Shown here: in pieces, positions 29,781 to 39,977 of the stretch
Layout: each line of letters starts with the position of its first letter
How positions within the stretch are numbered: position 1 is the stretch's first letter
Source: Alphaproteobacteria bacterium
GTDB taxonomy: Bacteria > Pseudomonadota > Alphaproteobacteria > JAUHZC01
Assembly (NCBI GenBank): GCA_023898725.1
Contig: CP060236.1
Coordinates: forward strand, 807,086 to 871,085
Reading direction: 5' to 3'
Length of the DNA: 64,000 nt
The notes under the pieces: generated by a model
What the model saw: only the letters and a program-made list of their open reading frames with translations
Database searches by the model: none
Told to the model about the DNA's origin: nothing
Made by a program: the position numbers and the translations under genes

Positions 29781-30581
29781 CTAGTAACCCCCAACACCGG
29801 AGGTGGGACTTGGATACCTGTCGTCTCTCGGGTCGTTTCTTTTTCTTTTTTCACTAATATGCGTGTATGTATGATTAGGTGTCTCAAAATCATCATCTGC
29901 TCGAGGATCTATAGCTCGTGTTTGCCGCAAACTGCTGATCGTCGGTGCAGATCGAGCGTAGCCAGCAGGTGTGGGAGTATCTCTTTCTTCCGTGGGATCA
30001 ATTCTTTGCCTTCCATACTTATCCTGCAACAGCTCTGTCAATGTCTTTTTATAGGATTCACGGTGATCGGATACGGCATTTTCGTCAATTGTAGCCAGGC
30101 GTTCGGTATGCTGACGAGGCACTGTGCTATAAGAGGATCGGAAGTTATCTGGGTGCTGATCATCTGTTCTGCGCGGATAGGATGTGCGAGACTCTGGTCC
30201 ATAATTCTGAGGCTTGGGAGCCAGTGGAGAGCGCGAGACTGGCTGTGTATAATCGGTATAAGAGGGAGATCTGCCAACACTCACTTCGGTGGTTTTGTTA
30301 AAGCTCACCCGTCGAGGGTCTTGTTCTGGTACATAGGGTGCAATGGGGGGGCGTGATACCCGCTGTGTGCAGTCGCAAACAGGTTGATTGTGATCATGCG
30401 CTGTAGGCGTTTCGCTGAAACCATTGGTGAGTAGGGCAAGTTTTGCGCGAATTTTTGCCAAACGTGCCTCTAGGACTTCCGTTGGCAATGCTGCCTCTGA
30501 AGCCGTAACCTGGGATGCATATGTTGTGAAATCACCTGCTGTTGTCGCTATAAGTGCTATAAGAAAATATTTTTTGTTCAT
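29781..30581 (-). CDS. hypothetical secreted low-complexity protein (Pro/Arg/Ser/Thr/Tyr-rich)
   Basis: Signal peptide (MNKKYFLIALIATTAGDFTTYASQVTA), then a compositionally biased region (RSPLAPKPQNYGPESRTSYPRRTDD...). The opposite-strand ORF is Cys-rich nonsense. Confidence 0.5.
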   Translation of the reverse strand: MNKKYFLIALIATTAGDFTTYASQVTASEAALPTEVLEARLAKIRAKLALLTNGFSETPTAHDHNQPVCDCTQRVSRPPIAPYVPEQDPRRVSFNKTTEVSVGRSPSYTDYTQPVSRSPLAPKPQNYGPESRTSYPRRTDDQHPDNFRSSYSTVPRQHTERLATIDENAVSDHRESYKKTLTELLQDKYGRQRIDPTEERDTPTPAGYARSAPTISSLRQTRAIDPRADDDFETPNHTYTHISEKRKRNDPRDDRYPSPTSGVGGY

Positions 30582-30782
30582 TTTTTTATAAATGAGAAAC
30601 TTAATATATACGATAATCAATTATTGTTTCTATTTTATTAACTCTTATTTTTTTATTGCCAACAAACAAAATATCTATTTTATCTAGTGTTTATCCAAAC
30701 ACTTCTTTCTTTGCTCATAGTTTTTTTGCTGCACCTCAAAAAACGTTTGGCTGTCTGACGCTGAGCCAGAAAAATGCATTTT

Positions 30783-31793
30783 TTATATTTTTGCTTGGGT
30801 ATCTGCATTGCTTTTTTCTGCGCGGATTTTTCTCCATAGACGGTGGTTGCGCGCATGTTGAGAGGAAAACCGTGAGAACACGTGACCTCCTGTGCCGTCT
30901 GCCACAAAATATAGATCTTGTGTGTTGGAGGGGTTTGCTGCTGCTTGAAGACTTTTTATGCCAGGGTTTGCAATGGGGTCAGGAGGTAATCCGCTGCGGG
31001 TATAAGTATTGTAGGGTGTGTCTATTTTTAGTTCTTTCTTGGTTAACCCTTGATTCCACGAACGCTCTTGATTGGTGTAGCAGCAACCATATAGCACCGT
31101 GCAATCGGCCTGTAGGCGCATGCCCTTGCGGAGACGGTTAACAAAAACTCCCGCAATATGGTTTCTTTCAGAGGAAAGTGCGGTTTCTTTTTCAATAATC
31201 GATCCCAATATAACCAGGGCTTTAGGCGAGGGCAGAACATCTTTTGTCTGTGCCTGTGCCCAAAGTTTTTTAGCAATTTGATGAAGATTTTTTTGCATAC
31301 GCTTATAAAGCTTATGGCGCGATTCACCTTGATTGTAAGCGTATGTATCCCCGAGAAGGGTCTGTGTATGGTCGAGAGGAATGGGCGGTCCGCTAAGGCG
31401 TTTATTGTTATTGATCAGGTGAATAACTTCATAAGGTGTGCTTCCCTCGATGACGGTAAAAAAGAAAACACGCCCATCCGAGCGCGTTAAGAGCCTGAGA
31501 AGCTTCCTATACGAAAGCTGTGATGGAATAATGTATTTTCCTGGTTTAAGACAGCGTCCTGTCAAGCGAATGTAAGTCTCAAGTATGGGAAGTCCATCCA
31601 CAATTTTGCGCTTAACAAGCTGGTCAAGTGTTTTGCGCAGTGTGTCACCACGGTGAATAATAACAGGGATGCGCCGAAAGTTGAGGGTTTTTCCGCTATG
31701 AATGAATGACCATCCCCCGACGAGGAGTGTTACTATTACAAAACTAAGAAATCCCACAAAATACGTTATAGTTTTGGTCATAGAAATGCCCAC
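30783..31793 (-). CDS. mltG: endolytic murein transglycosylase MltG (YceG)
   Basis: N-terminal TM helix plus a YceG-like domain (conserved LQADCTVLYG and PPDPIANPG motifs). Confidence 0.85.
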   Translation of the reverse strand: MGISMTKTITYFVGFLSFVIVTLLVGGWSFIHSGKTLNFRRIPVIIHRGDTLRKTLDQLVKRKIVDGLPILETYIRLTGRCLKPGKYIIPSQLSYRKLLRLLTRSDGRVFFFTVIEGSTPYEVIHLINNNKRLSGPPIPLDHTQTLLGDTYAYNQGESRHKLYKRMQKNLHQIAKKLWAQAQTKDVLPSPKALVILGSIIEKETALSSERNHIAGVFVNRLRKGMRLQADCTVLYGCCYTNQERSWNQGLTKKELKIDTPYNTYTRSGLPPDPIANPGIKSLQAAANPSNTQDLYFVADGTGGHVFSRFSSQHARNHRLWRKIRAEKSNADTQAKI

Positions 31794-31884
31794 GATGTTT
31801 TAATTATCTGCTTTTTAGCGAATAAGGATTGCACCTCAAGGCTATTTTTCATATCGTAAATCATGGGAGGTTAAAAAGAAACAT

Positions 31885-32283
31885 ATGATTGGTATTATTG
31901 TCATTGCTCATGGGCGTCTAGCCTACGAATTTGTCGCTGTTCTCGAGCACGTTGCTGGCCCCAGAAATAACCTTAAGGCCCTGGGAATTAATCCGGATGA
32001 TAACATTATTGCTCAGCGCGTGACGCTTGAGGAGATGATTACCCAAGTAGACTCGGGACGGGGCGTTGTGTTGGCTACTGATATGTTCGGTGGAACCCCG
32101 TCAAATTTGGCAATTGCAGTATCGAAGGGGAAAAATGTGGAGGTTGTGGCGGGGGTAAATTTACCGATGCTGATCGATCTTGTCCAGCGACGTGAGGCGA
32201 ACCTTTCATTGAATGACATCGTTTTGGCATCTCGGGCCGCAGGACAAAACTATATGAATGTTGCATCAAGCTTTGTAGCGTAG
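31885..32283 (+). CDS. PTS EIIA component, mannose family (regulatory PTS)
   Basis: 132 aa starting MIGIIVIAHGRLAYEF with a His at the active-site position of EIIA-Man. Confidence 0.75.
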   Translation: MIGIIVIAHGRLAYEFVAVLEHVAGPRNNLKALGINPDDNIIAQRVTLEEMITQVDSGRGVVLATDMFGGTPSNLAIAVSKGKNVEVVAGVNLPMLIDLVQRREANLSLNDIVLASRAAGQNYMNVASSFVA

Positions 32284-32304
32284 ACAAGGAGTAGTGAACA
32301 CACG

Positions 32305-32574
32305 GTGATTGCAAAAAACGTAACAATTCTTAATATGAAAGGACTACATGCCCGGGCTGCAGCCAAGCTTTCAGGTGTGTGTCAACAGTTTCAAGCAACA
32401 GTGTGGATAGGTAAGGGGTTGAGAAAAGTTGATGGCTCTTCAATTCTTGAGCTTTTGAGTTTGGGCGCTGAGTGTGGCAGTCAAATTATTGTTGAGGCTG
32501 ATGGTGCAGATGAAAAGGAGGCTATCGAACAGGTGGCGCGTCTTATTGCTGGGCGTTTTGATGAATCGTCTTGA
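32305..32574 (+). CDS. ptsH: phosphocarrier protein HPr (NPr-like)
   Basis: 89 aa with the GLHARAAAK active-site His region, immediately downstream of EIIA-Man. Confidence 0.8.
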   Translation: MIAKNVTILNMKGLHARAAAKLSGVCQQFQATVWIGKGLRKVDGSSILELLSLGAECGSQIIVEADGADEKEAIEQVARLIAGRFDESS

Positions 32575-32781
32575 CGATAAGAAATAACAGATCGTTTAAT
32601 CCTACAGGGACCGGCTTTGGTGCTGCATGCTCATGCGTAGGTGTTCATACTCCATGGTTTTTTGTGGAGGACCTTATTTATTTTTTATCTCCTTATATTT
32701 TTAGGGTTATGTCTTTTTACCTTGACAATGACAGGCAAGAGCCCGTATAAAACGAGTACTATTATTCCTAAGGGTTCTTTT

Positions 32782-32907
32782 GTGCGCGTAGTAAGCTCAA
32801 TCAAAGCATTTAAAAAACGTGATAAAAATTGCCAGGTCGTGCGTCGCCATGGCCGTATCTATGTTATTAACAAGCGGAACCCTCGGTTTAAGGTTCGGCA
32901 GGGCTAA
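32782..32907 (+). CDS. rpmJ: 50S ribosomal protein L36 (RpmJ)
   Basis: The C-terminal 41 aa of the 88-aa track ORF read M(GTG)[40 protein letters not shown], matching the L36 consensus (SLKxxK...C..VRRxGRxYVINKxNPRFKxRQG). An RBS taaggg lies 7 nt upstream of the GTG. The upstream 47 codons are a spurious extension. Confidence 0.7.
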   Translation: MRVVSSIKAFKKRDKNCQVVRRHGRIYVINKRNPRFKVRQG

Positions 32908-33033
32908 TGCAAGTCTTGAGTGCGATGCGATAATGTATCGATCCACTCTTTGTTTTTTCTGGGAGTGATAATTACAGTGTTTGTTTCACAAGTCACTCTT
33001 TAGGTACCCACTCTTACTATAAAGGCAAAATTC

Positions 33034-33438
33034 ATGGCACGCGTTACAAACAGAGACTGCATCCAAAAAATACCAAATCGATTTGATCTAATCATCCTAA
33101 CAAGTCAGCGAGCCCGCCAAATTATTGGTGGTGCATCACTAACTATTGATCGCAACGACGATAAGCCAACTGTCCTTGCGTTGCGCGAAGTGGCGGCAGG
33201 AACTGTTACGGCAGACCAACTCCGAGAGAGCCTTTTGTACTCACTGCGCAAGCACCATGGCCATCTCGAGGAAACCGAAGAAGAGCTTGAAAGTCTTCTT
33301 GCTAGTGATGGTGATTTTTTTCAAGAAGAAGCAGGAAGTTCTGACCTTGAAGATGAGGATTTTTCTGATAACATCGGCTTTGAAAACGATGATATTGCTG
33401 AAAATGACTCATCCATAATCATCGGTGATGGTGAATAA
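33034..33438 (+). CDS. rpoZ: DNA-directed RNA polymerase subunit omega RpoZ
   Basis: MARVTNRDCIQKIPNRFDLIILTSQRARQI is a canonical RpoZ N-terminus. It has an acidic C-terminal tail. Confidence 0.85.
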   Translation: MARVTNRDCIQKIPNRFDLIILTSQRARQIIGGASLTIDRNDDKPTVLALREVAAGTVTADQLRESLLYSLRKHHGHLEETEEELESLLASDGDFFQEEAGSSDLEDEDFSDNIGFENDDIAENDSSIIIGDGE

Positions 33439-33834
33439 ACGGATCAATAATTGTCTAAGTTTTCACTTCTCGGTTTTGTGTGTGTATTATTGCTTTACGC
33501 ATCACTTTTGGCTTTTGCTATAATAACATACTCCTTTTTCTTCATATAGATTTCTTTGTTTTTTAGCCTAGTTTCTTTTAGAGGCTAGGCTTTTTATGCG
33601 TAGCTTGATTTATACGCATAAAAAATATGCAATATTGTTTGTTTTTTTGTCTCAAAAACTGATGCATGCACATGAAAGTATATTTTTTACTTACGGGTTT
33701 GCACAAGGATTCAAAAAATACTATCATAGGAGTGTATATGTAAAGTAACGATTAATATGAATTTTACAAAACTGTCTTAGGAAATTCCTTTAGAGAATTA
33801 TTAAGGGTTTTAGTACTATAATCACAAGGTAACA

Positions 33835-35064
33835 ATGGTTAAAAATCCGGATTTTAAGAGTGGAATGTATCTAAAGTCTTTACATATCTTGGCGTTGTTG
33901 GCGCTGTTGTGTACCGTTGTGGTGGCTCGTCCTATTCCTGCATCCTTTGTTGTTGATATTAATACCGGTCGTGTGTATCACGCACAAAACGCTGATTCCT
34001 ATGTTCACCCTGCATCACTCACAAAAATGATGACGCTATATATGCTTTTTGAGGCTTTAGATAAGGGGGAAATAAGGATGGATTCATCCATCCGCTTTTC
34101 GCGCAATGCGGCGCGTAAGCCACGCTCTAATCTAGGGGTGCGTGCGGGGCAAACGCTGACAGTTAAGCAGGCATTAACCGCAATGGTGGTCAAATCTTGC
34201 AATGATGTAGCATGTGCAGTGGCCGAGCGCCTTGCGGGAAATGAAGAACGCTTTGCCCGCATCATGACGCGTAAAGCACGCTCGTTGGGAATGACGCGCA
34301 CCCAATTCAAAAATGCATCGGGCCTTCATCATCGTTATCAGCAAACAACAGCGCGTGATATGTCAAAACTTGCCGGTGCATTGATGAAAAATTTTCCACG
34401 CTATTTTGAGTACTTTAAAGTCAGAACTTTTAGGCATCACGGGCGTAACTATGGAACAACGAATAAACTTTTGGGAAATGTACAGGGCGTTGATGGTATC
34501 AAAACAGGATATATTGCAGCTGCAGGCTTCAACCTTACGACGTCGGCTAAGTATAAGGGGCGGCGTTTAGTCGCTGTTGTTATGGGGGGGTCAACGGGCC
34601 GTGCCCGTGATATGAAAATGCGTAGTTTGCTTCAGCGTACATTTAGGCGTGTGGATCAGGAATCACAAGGAACTCTCAGCTTTATTCGTGCGGATGGTCG
34701 ACAGGCTCATATTGAGCAAGCTTTTCCTCGTCTAAAGCCAACGACAAAACTTCAATTGGCTCTAAAGCCAGTGTCCCGAAAACCCCCTGTTCCTATACGG
34801 TTGGCAAAGAAAAGAATAAAATCTGCATCCAATTGGCAAGTGCGCATGGGATCTTTAGCCAATAAATCTCAATCTCTCCAGTTGGCCAAAAAGATGCGTG
34901 TGGCTCTTACGAAAGCACTTGGTTTTCAACCAAAAGTGCATGTTGGACGAAAAACAAAGGGCAAATCTCAACCACAACTTTTTGCGTTAACAGAACATCA
35001 GGCACGATCAGCCTGTCGCGCCCTTCATAGCCGCAACGTACCTTGTGTCGCCCAAAGTGGCTGA
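33835..35064 (+). CDS. dacC: D-alanyl-D-alanine carboxypeptidase (S11 peptidase, PBP5/6-like) with C-terminal SPOR domain
   Basis: Signal peptide, SxxK active site (PASLTKMMT), SxN (VKSCNDVA) and KTG (IKTGYIAAAG). The C-terminal ~75 aa resemble a SPOR septal peptidoglycan-binding domain. Confidence 0.8.
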   Translation: MVKNPDFKSGMYLKSLHILALLALLCTVVVARPIPASFVVDINTGRVYHAQNADSYVHPASLTKMMTLYMLFEALDKGEIRMDSSIRFSRNAARKPRSNLGVRAGQTLTVKQALTAMVVKSCNDVACAVAERLAGNEERFARIMTRKARSLGMTRTQFKNASGLHHRYQQTTARDMSKLAGALMKNFPRYFEYFKVRTFRHHGRNYGTTNKLLGNVQGVDGIKTGYIAAAGFNLTTSAKYKGRRLVAVVMGGSTGRARDMKMRSLLQRTFRRVDQESQGTLSFIRADGRQAHIEQAFPRLKPTTKLQLALKPVSRKPPVPIRLAKKRIKSASNWQVRMGSLANKSQSLQLAKKMRVALTKALGFQPKVHVGRKTKGKSQPQLFALTEHQARSACRALHSRNVPCVAQSG

Positions 35065-36400
35065 GAATGGCATCACACAAATAGTAAACGTATGTGTAAC
35101 GGGAACTTTAAAACTTTTCTTGCAAATATCGTAGTATCCCCCTAAGAGACCGAAGATTACGGGTTGATGAGAGACTAGAATCATTGTCCCGCTGACCATT
35201 TTTTATGGGAGTATAGAATTAATTGTTATTCTGTCCTCGATAATTAGATTACCAGGCCCTAAATCCATTTTTTGAATCGCCTTTCTGGGTCTTTGTGTGG
35301 ATAGATAAATTTACGTAACAAATCGGTTGCTATGTTTCCAAACGTTTGCAATCCTATTAGGAGGAAGCGTTTGATTAGCAAAAATTTTAGCAGAGTTGAT
35401 AGGGAAGCATGGTATCCTTGGGTGGGGGAGATTGTTACACCCTCTCCCATAATCCAAATAAATGATAGGATCCGTGGATAATATTTAACGCCTAATCCAT
35501 AGGGGTGTTACTAATTTTCCATTTTTACACACGCTTAATTTACCTCCCCACTTATCAACTCAGATAGCAAATACAGGCCTTTTTCCTGTGGCATTCCGTT
35601 CCCACATCTTTATGAGTGTTGTGACAAGAGTGTTCACCTTTTTCTTTTGTTCCTTAAGAATATCTCTAGCTTTTTGTGTTATATGCAGGACAATAAATCT
35701 ACCAAGTGCTTAAACGTATAGTATTTTTATGTGTGTATAGACACTTTCTCATTCTTTTGTGTAAGGGTTGCCGGGAATAGGTAAAAAATCCTCTAGCCTA
35801 TAGACTTTTATAAGTTTTTGAATTCTTTATTTTTTCGTACCTTCTTGCTTTGTTTAAGAGATTTTCTAAGCGATGCCATCGTTGCTATTGTTTGAGCTGT
35901 AATCCTCCTCGTGAAAAGTTTATTCGGTTGTGCAGTTTCGTGAGGATGGTCTTTTTAAAAGATTTTTGAAGTAGTGTAGTTTAGCCCCTAGCTGGTAGGT
36001 AGGAACAACTGAACTTTCTTTTTTTTCAGGATCAGGTGGGCTTTTTTTAGATAATTGCGTGATTCACACAAAAAATAAGAATGTATCGTTCTTGATACAC
36101 GATCAATCAGTTGCTTCTGACCTTCGCATAGAGATCGTAGCTATCCCATGAATGAATTCGGTGTATCTCGGGCACATTACTAGGGGATCACAGAACCCTT
36201 TTGAATTATATGGGCATAAGTAGATACTCCACGTATGCACATGCTAGTTGTCGAAATCATGAAGCCTTCGTTTGTAGGGGTGTTAAAGTCAGCATCAGAT
36301 GTCGTATCTGCCCATAAAAAAATCCCCCACCAAATTAAGGAAGGGGATATCATATTCGCTAATTATGAGGCAATAGGTTCAGTGACAGAATCCTTATTCT

Positions 36401-36991
36401 TTATTCTTCCTCTGAACTATCTTCTATGTCATCAATACTATTGCTTGCTTCCCACTTAGCTGCTTCAGCAGCGGCTTGTGCATCTTTTTCAGCTTTCTTT
36501 TCTTCAGCCGATTTTGATGGCTCGCGCAGTTGCTTCGTAGCTTCATCAAGTGTTGCAGCAACACTAATGGGGAGTGTAAAATCAACCTCAGGGTGCAAAA
36601 CAATTTGCACAGACGATACACTGACTTGTTTAATGGGAGCCGTAAGATGAATCTGACGACGTTCAAGTTTAAAACCTTGTGTCTCAAGAAAATCAACAAC
36701 GTCACGGTCTGTAACAGAGCCGTATAGTTGCCCAAGTTCACTGGCGTTTCGTTCAAGAATAATTGTAACGGACTTCATCTTTGCAGCAAATTTCTCTGCT
36801 TCTTGACGCCGTTCAATGTTTTTTGCTTCAAGCGCAGATTTGCGTGATTCAAACACCTTCATGTTTGCATCAGACGCGCGTAAAGCCTTTCCCTGCGGAA
36901 GAAGGTAATTACGGCCATAGCCACTCTTCACTGTGACGATGTCGCCCATGAAGCCTAGATTGCGGACTCGTTCGAGGAGGATCAGTTGCAT
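36401..36991 (-). CDS. rplI: 50S ribosomal protein L9 (RplI) with acidic C-terminal extension
   Basis: MQLILLERVRNLGFMGDIVTVKSGYGRNYLLPQGKALRA is a canonical L9 N-terminus. It is the last gene of the rpsF-rpsR-rplI operon. Confidence 0.9.
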   Translation of the reverse strand: MQLILLERVRNLGFMGDIVTVKSGYGRNYLLPQGKALRASDANMKVFESRKSALEAKNIERRQEAEKFAAKMKSVTIILERNASELGQLYGSVTDRDVVDFLETQGFKLERRQIHLTAPIKQVSVSSVQIVLHPEVDFTLPISVAATLDEATKQLREPSKSAEEKKAEKDAQAAAEAAKWEASNSIDDIEDSSEEE

Positions 36992-37003
36992 GGTTGTGTA
37001 CTC

Positions 37004-37315
37004 CTATTTTACAACGTAGGGAAGCAAAGCTAGAAAACGCGCACGCTTAATAGCTTTAGAAAGATTGCGTTGAGCAGCGGCTGAGATACCGGTAATGCGC
37101 CGTGGCATAATACGGCCACGTTCTGTTACATACCGCTGCAGCATGCGCACATCCTTGTAGTCGATAGCAATGGCATCTTTACCTGAAAAAGGGCATGAAC
37201 GACGGCGCTTAAAAAAGGGCTTTCTATTACCGCCCTGTGCTGACGAACGATCATCGGAACGCCCTGGCGTATAGGATGATGTGCGGCTTCCTGATTGATT
37301 TGATGGGTATGCCAT
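37004..37315 (-). CDS. rpsR: 30S ribosomal protein S18 (RpsR) with N-terminal extension
   Basis: The C-terminal 75 aa ([12 protein letters not shown]...[25 protein letters not shown]) are a canonical S18. They are preceded by ~28 Ser/Gly/Arg-rich residues. Confidence 0.85.
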   Translation of the reverse strand: MAYPSNQSGSRTSSYTPGRSDDRSSAQGGNRKPFFKRRRSCPFSGKDAIAIDYKDVRMLQRYVTERGRIMPRRITGISAAAQRNLSKAIKRARFLALLPYVVK

Positions 37316-37320
37316 AGTGT

Positions 37321-37755
37321 TTATCCTTCCTGTGCAGTTTGGCGCGACTCATGGGAGCTGCGTGAGTGGTGATGGGTGCGATCATCTCCTGTGCGGGGGG
37401 AACCATGGTTGTTGTCACCTTCAGAAGACAAACGAGCTTGCTTGAGAAGGGGGGATGATCCTTCCGGAACACTTTCAAGCTCAAGTGTGATAAAGCGCAA
37501 AATTTCTTCACGCAGTTTCATTGTGCGTTCAAGTTCCGTAACAAACGTACCCGGTGCCTGAATGTACATAATGACATAGTGGCCTTTACGGTTTTTTTGG
37601 ATAGGATATGCCAAAGGCCGTAAACCACTAAATTCAGTTTTTAACACATTGCCTTTAAAATCGGCAACAATTTTTGAGAATTTCTCAACAAGCTCTTCGA
37701 CTTGTTTGGAAGAAAGGTCTTGGCGCGCGATAAACACGCTTTCATAAAGATTCAT
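37321..37755 (-). CDS. rpsF: 30S ribosomal protein S6 (RpsF) with C-terminal low-complexity tail
   Basis: [26 protein letters not shown] is a canonical S6 start. Confidence 0.9.
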   Translation of the reverse strand: MNLYESVFIARQDLSSKQVEELVEKFSKIVADFKGNVLKTEFSGLRPLAYPIQKNRKGHYVIMYIQAPGTFVTELERTMKLREEILRFITLELESVPEGSSPLLKQARLSSEGDNNHGSPRTGDDRTHHHSRSSHESRQTAQEG

Positions 37756-37986
37756 TTATAACTCCTTACGGTTAATGAACGTTATCGTTACAAGCCCATG
37801 CGCGTTGAATGAGCAAGGAGGGGAATTTTCCATATTCACTAGAAAATATGAATAGGGGTATACCATTGATTCAGAAAAACACAAGTACTTTCCTTGATTC
37901 ATTCGCTAAAAAGCCTTATTTTCTTAGTTTTATGTCGAATCTTTGTTCGAGAGGCGGTATAATCAAAATCCAACAAAGGTAATGCC

Positions 37987-38865
37987 GTGAAAATACATGT
38001 CCCCGTCAGTCAAAAAGAGCTTACCCAATGTGTGGAGGGTCTTCTTGCGCATGCGCAAAGCGCTCCTGTTATTATAGGGCTTGATACCGAGTTTTGGCGA
38101 GTTCGTACCTATTGGCCACAGCTTTGCTTGATGCAAGTCTGCGTGGCAAATGATGTGTATATTATTGATCCTACGCTTCTTGATGTTTCCGTGATAGCGC
38201 CTGTCTTGGTTCATGATAATATTATAAAAATTATGCATGCTGCGGATCAGGATTGTGAAATTTTCATGCATGACTTTAATGTCACACCTGTTTCAGTTTT
38301 GGATACACAAATTGCAAGCCGATTACTCAATATGGGCCGCCAAGTGGGATATGCTTCGCTGGTTATGGAGGTGATGGCAGTTACTTTGGATAAGTCTGAA
38401 CAGCACGGGAAATGGCGAGATCGTCCTCTGACAGAAGAGCAAACGTCCTATGCGGCACGGGACGTGCTTTATCTCCCTCAGTTATATCACTTTTTTGAGA
38501 AGCGATTGACGGAAGAAAACCTCATAAACGCCTGGCGTGTGCAAAGTGGGGAAATGATCCTGCATGTGAAAAACAGCCAAGATCCTGCAAACGTATGGAG
38601 ACGTTGGAACAATAATCGTTATAGCCCGCCAATGCGTGAGCGTCTAAAAATCTTGGCGGAATTTCGTGAACGACTGGCCCAAGAAAGAAATATTCCACGT
38701 ACCCGTATTTTTACCGATGAGGCATTGGTATCACTGATAATGAATCCGGTTGAAAGCAAAGAAACACTCAAGCGTCTCAAGGGCGTTAGTTCGTGGTTAC
38801 CAGCACATGAGGCTTTCTGGGAGCTTATTGTATCCATGAGAACCCTTGAAAATTCAACGAGCTAA
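37987..38865 (+). CDS. rnd: ribonuclease D (Rnd, DEDDy 3'-5' exonuclease with HRDC domain)
   Basis: GLDTEF (Exo I), Exo II/III motifs (YAARDVLYL) and a C-terminal HRDC-like region. The listed start is a GTG and may be imprecise. Confidence 0.8.
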   Translation: MKIHVPVSQKELTQCVEGLLAHAQSAPVIIGLDTEFWRVRTYWPQLCLMQVCVANDVYIIDPTLLDVSVIAPVLVHDNIIKIMHAADQDCEIFMHDFNVTPVSVLDTQIASRLLNMGRQVGYASLVMEVMAVTLDKSEQHGKWRDRPLTEEQTSYAARDVLYLPQLYHFFEKRLTEENLINAWRVQSGEMILHVKNSQDPANVWRRWNNNRYSPPMRERLKILAEFRERLAQERNIPRTRIFTDEALVSLIMNPVESKETLKRLKGVSSWLPAHEAFWELIVSMRTLENSTS

Positions 38866-39014
38866 GTTTTGTTCACATCCCAAAATCCCATTACCCAGGG
38901 TAGATGGTTTCTCCTTGGATGAACCCGCTGGCGAGCCACTGGTCCTGTATTTACGAAAGGATAGCATGGAGGCGGTTTTGTCGAGGCTTAGCGGTACAAT
39001 TTCTTCAGAAAGTT

Positions 39015-39800
39015 CTATGGTTTGAAACGGTGTTTTTGCATTGCATCAGCCACACATCTCATACGCCAAACTGTTTCTTCATCAGCCTGGCCACTGAGGT
39101 TCTCTGGAAGCCAATGCATTTGAAAGGCACGTATCCGCCTTTCTAAGTGTCTGCGCGTCATTGTATCGCAAAAATTATATCCAATCATCCGCAACAAATG
39201 GACAACCTGGCCTGCTGATGTATCACCTGCGGATGGGGATGTTCGTTTGGGCCACACGCCAATGCCATGATTTTTCGACAGCCATTCCCAGGGAAACAGT
39301 GGGCCAGGGTCAATTTTACGATCGGGGGCAATATCGCTGTGTCCTAATATCCCCTGTTGGGGGATTTGGTGGCGCTTAATAATGTTTTTCATCAGAGGGA
39401 CTGCTACTTCAAGCTGTCTTGATGAGTAGGGATACCATTGCTCCCGCATGCCCGGTATGATTACTGTGTTTTCTGGGGATAGTTTTTCGTGCCACCGGTA
39501 TCCGGGATGTACAAACTCAATACCTACAGAGCGGTTGTTAAGGTTATGGATGCCAGCCCAAGAGGAAACACCGGCGTGATGGGCAGCGTTTGATTCAACA
39601 ACGTGTTGCCAGATCGTTCCCGTATCTGTAACCGTGTAATGTGCACTTACACCGCCTGGCGTTAAAAATGCTTTTTGCGTTTCTAGAGCAGAAATTTGTG
39701 TAAAGTGTGCAATTAAAAACTCCACCTTCACCTGATTGCCCGTTGTGGCATCTAACCGCGGGGTGTAATTGGGGGAGGGCTTCGTGATAACAGGAGTCAT
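39015..39800 (-). CDS. N-acetylmuramoyl-L-alanine amidase (Amidase_2/AmpD family) with C-terminal peptidoglycan-binding domain
   Basis: AmpD-like zinc ligands (AHFT...H...D pattern: IAHFTQ, GHSDIAPDRKIDPGPLFPW) and a C-terminal PG_binding_1-like helical repeat. Confidence 0.75.
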   Translation of the reverse strand: MTPVITKPSPNYTPRLDATTGNQVKVEFLIAHFTQISALETQKAFLTPGGVSAHYTVTDTGTIWQHVVESNAAHHAGVSSWAGIHNLNNRSVGIEFVHPGYRWHEKLSPENTVIIPGMREQWYPYSSRQLEVAVPLMKNIIKRHQIPQQGILGHSDIAPDRKIDPGPLFPWEWLSKNHGIGVWPKRTSPSAGDTSAGQVVHLLRMIGYNFCDTMTRRHLERRIRAFQMHWLPENLSGQADEETVWRMRCVADAMQKHRFKP

Positions 39801-39977
39801 TGTTGCTGCTCTTCAAAAGAAAAAAGACGCATAATGTTTTTCTCGCATGTGATGAATCAACCTCCGACTTCGATTGCACAAATATAGTATGGCATTTTCA
39901 TTAATGTGACCACCGTGAAAGACGCGGATTTTTTTCACAGCCAAAATATACGTATAATTACAGATGTATAAAGTAGA

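Noticed and set aside
29763-30356. 197-aa plus-strand ORF antisense to the Pro-rich secreted protein
   Set aside because: Its translation is Cys/Arg-rich with no signal or domain. The minus-strand ORF has a clean signal peptide and a coherent start context.
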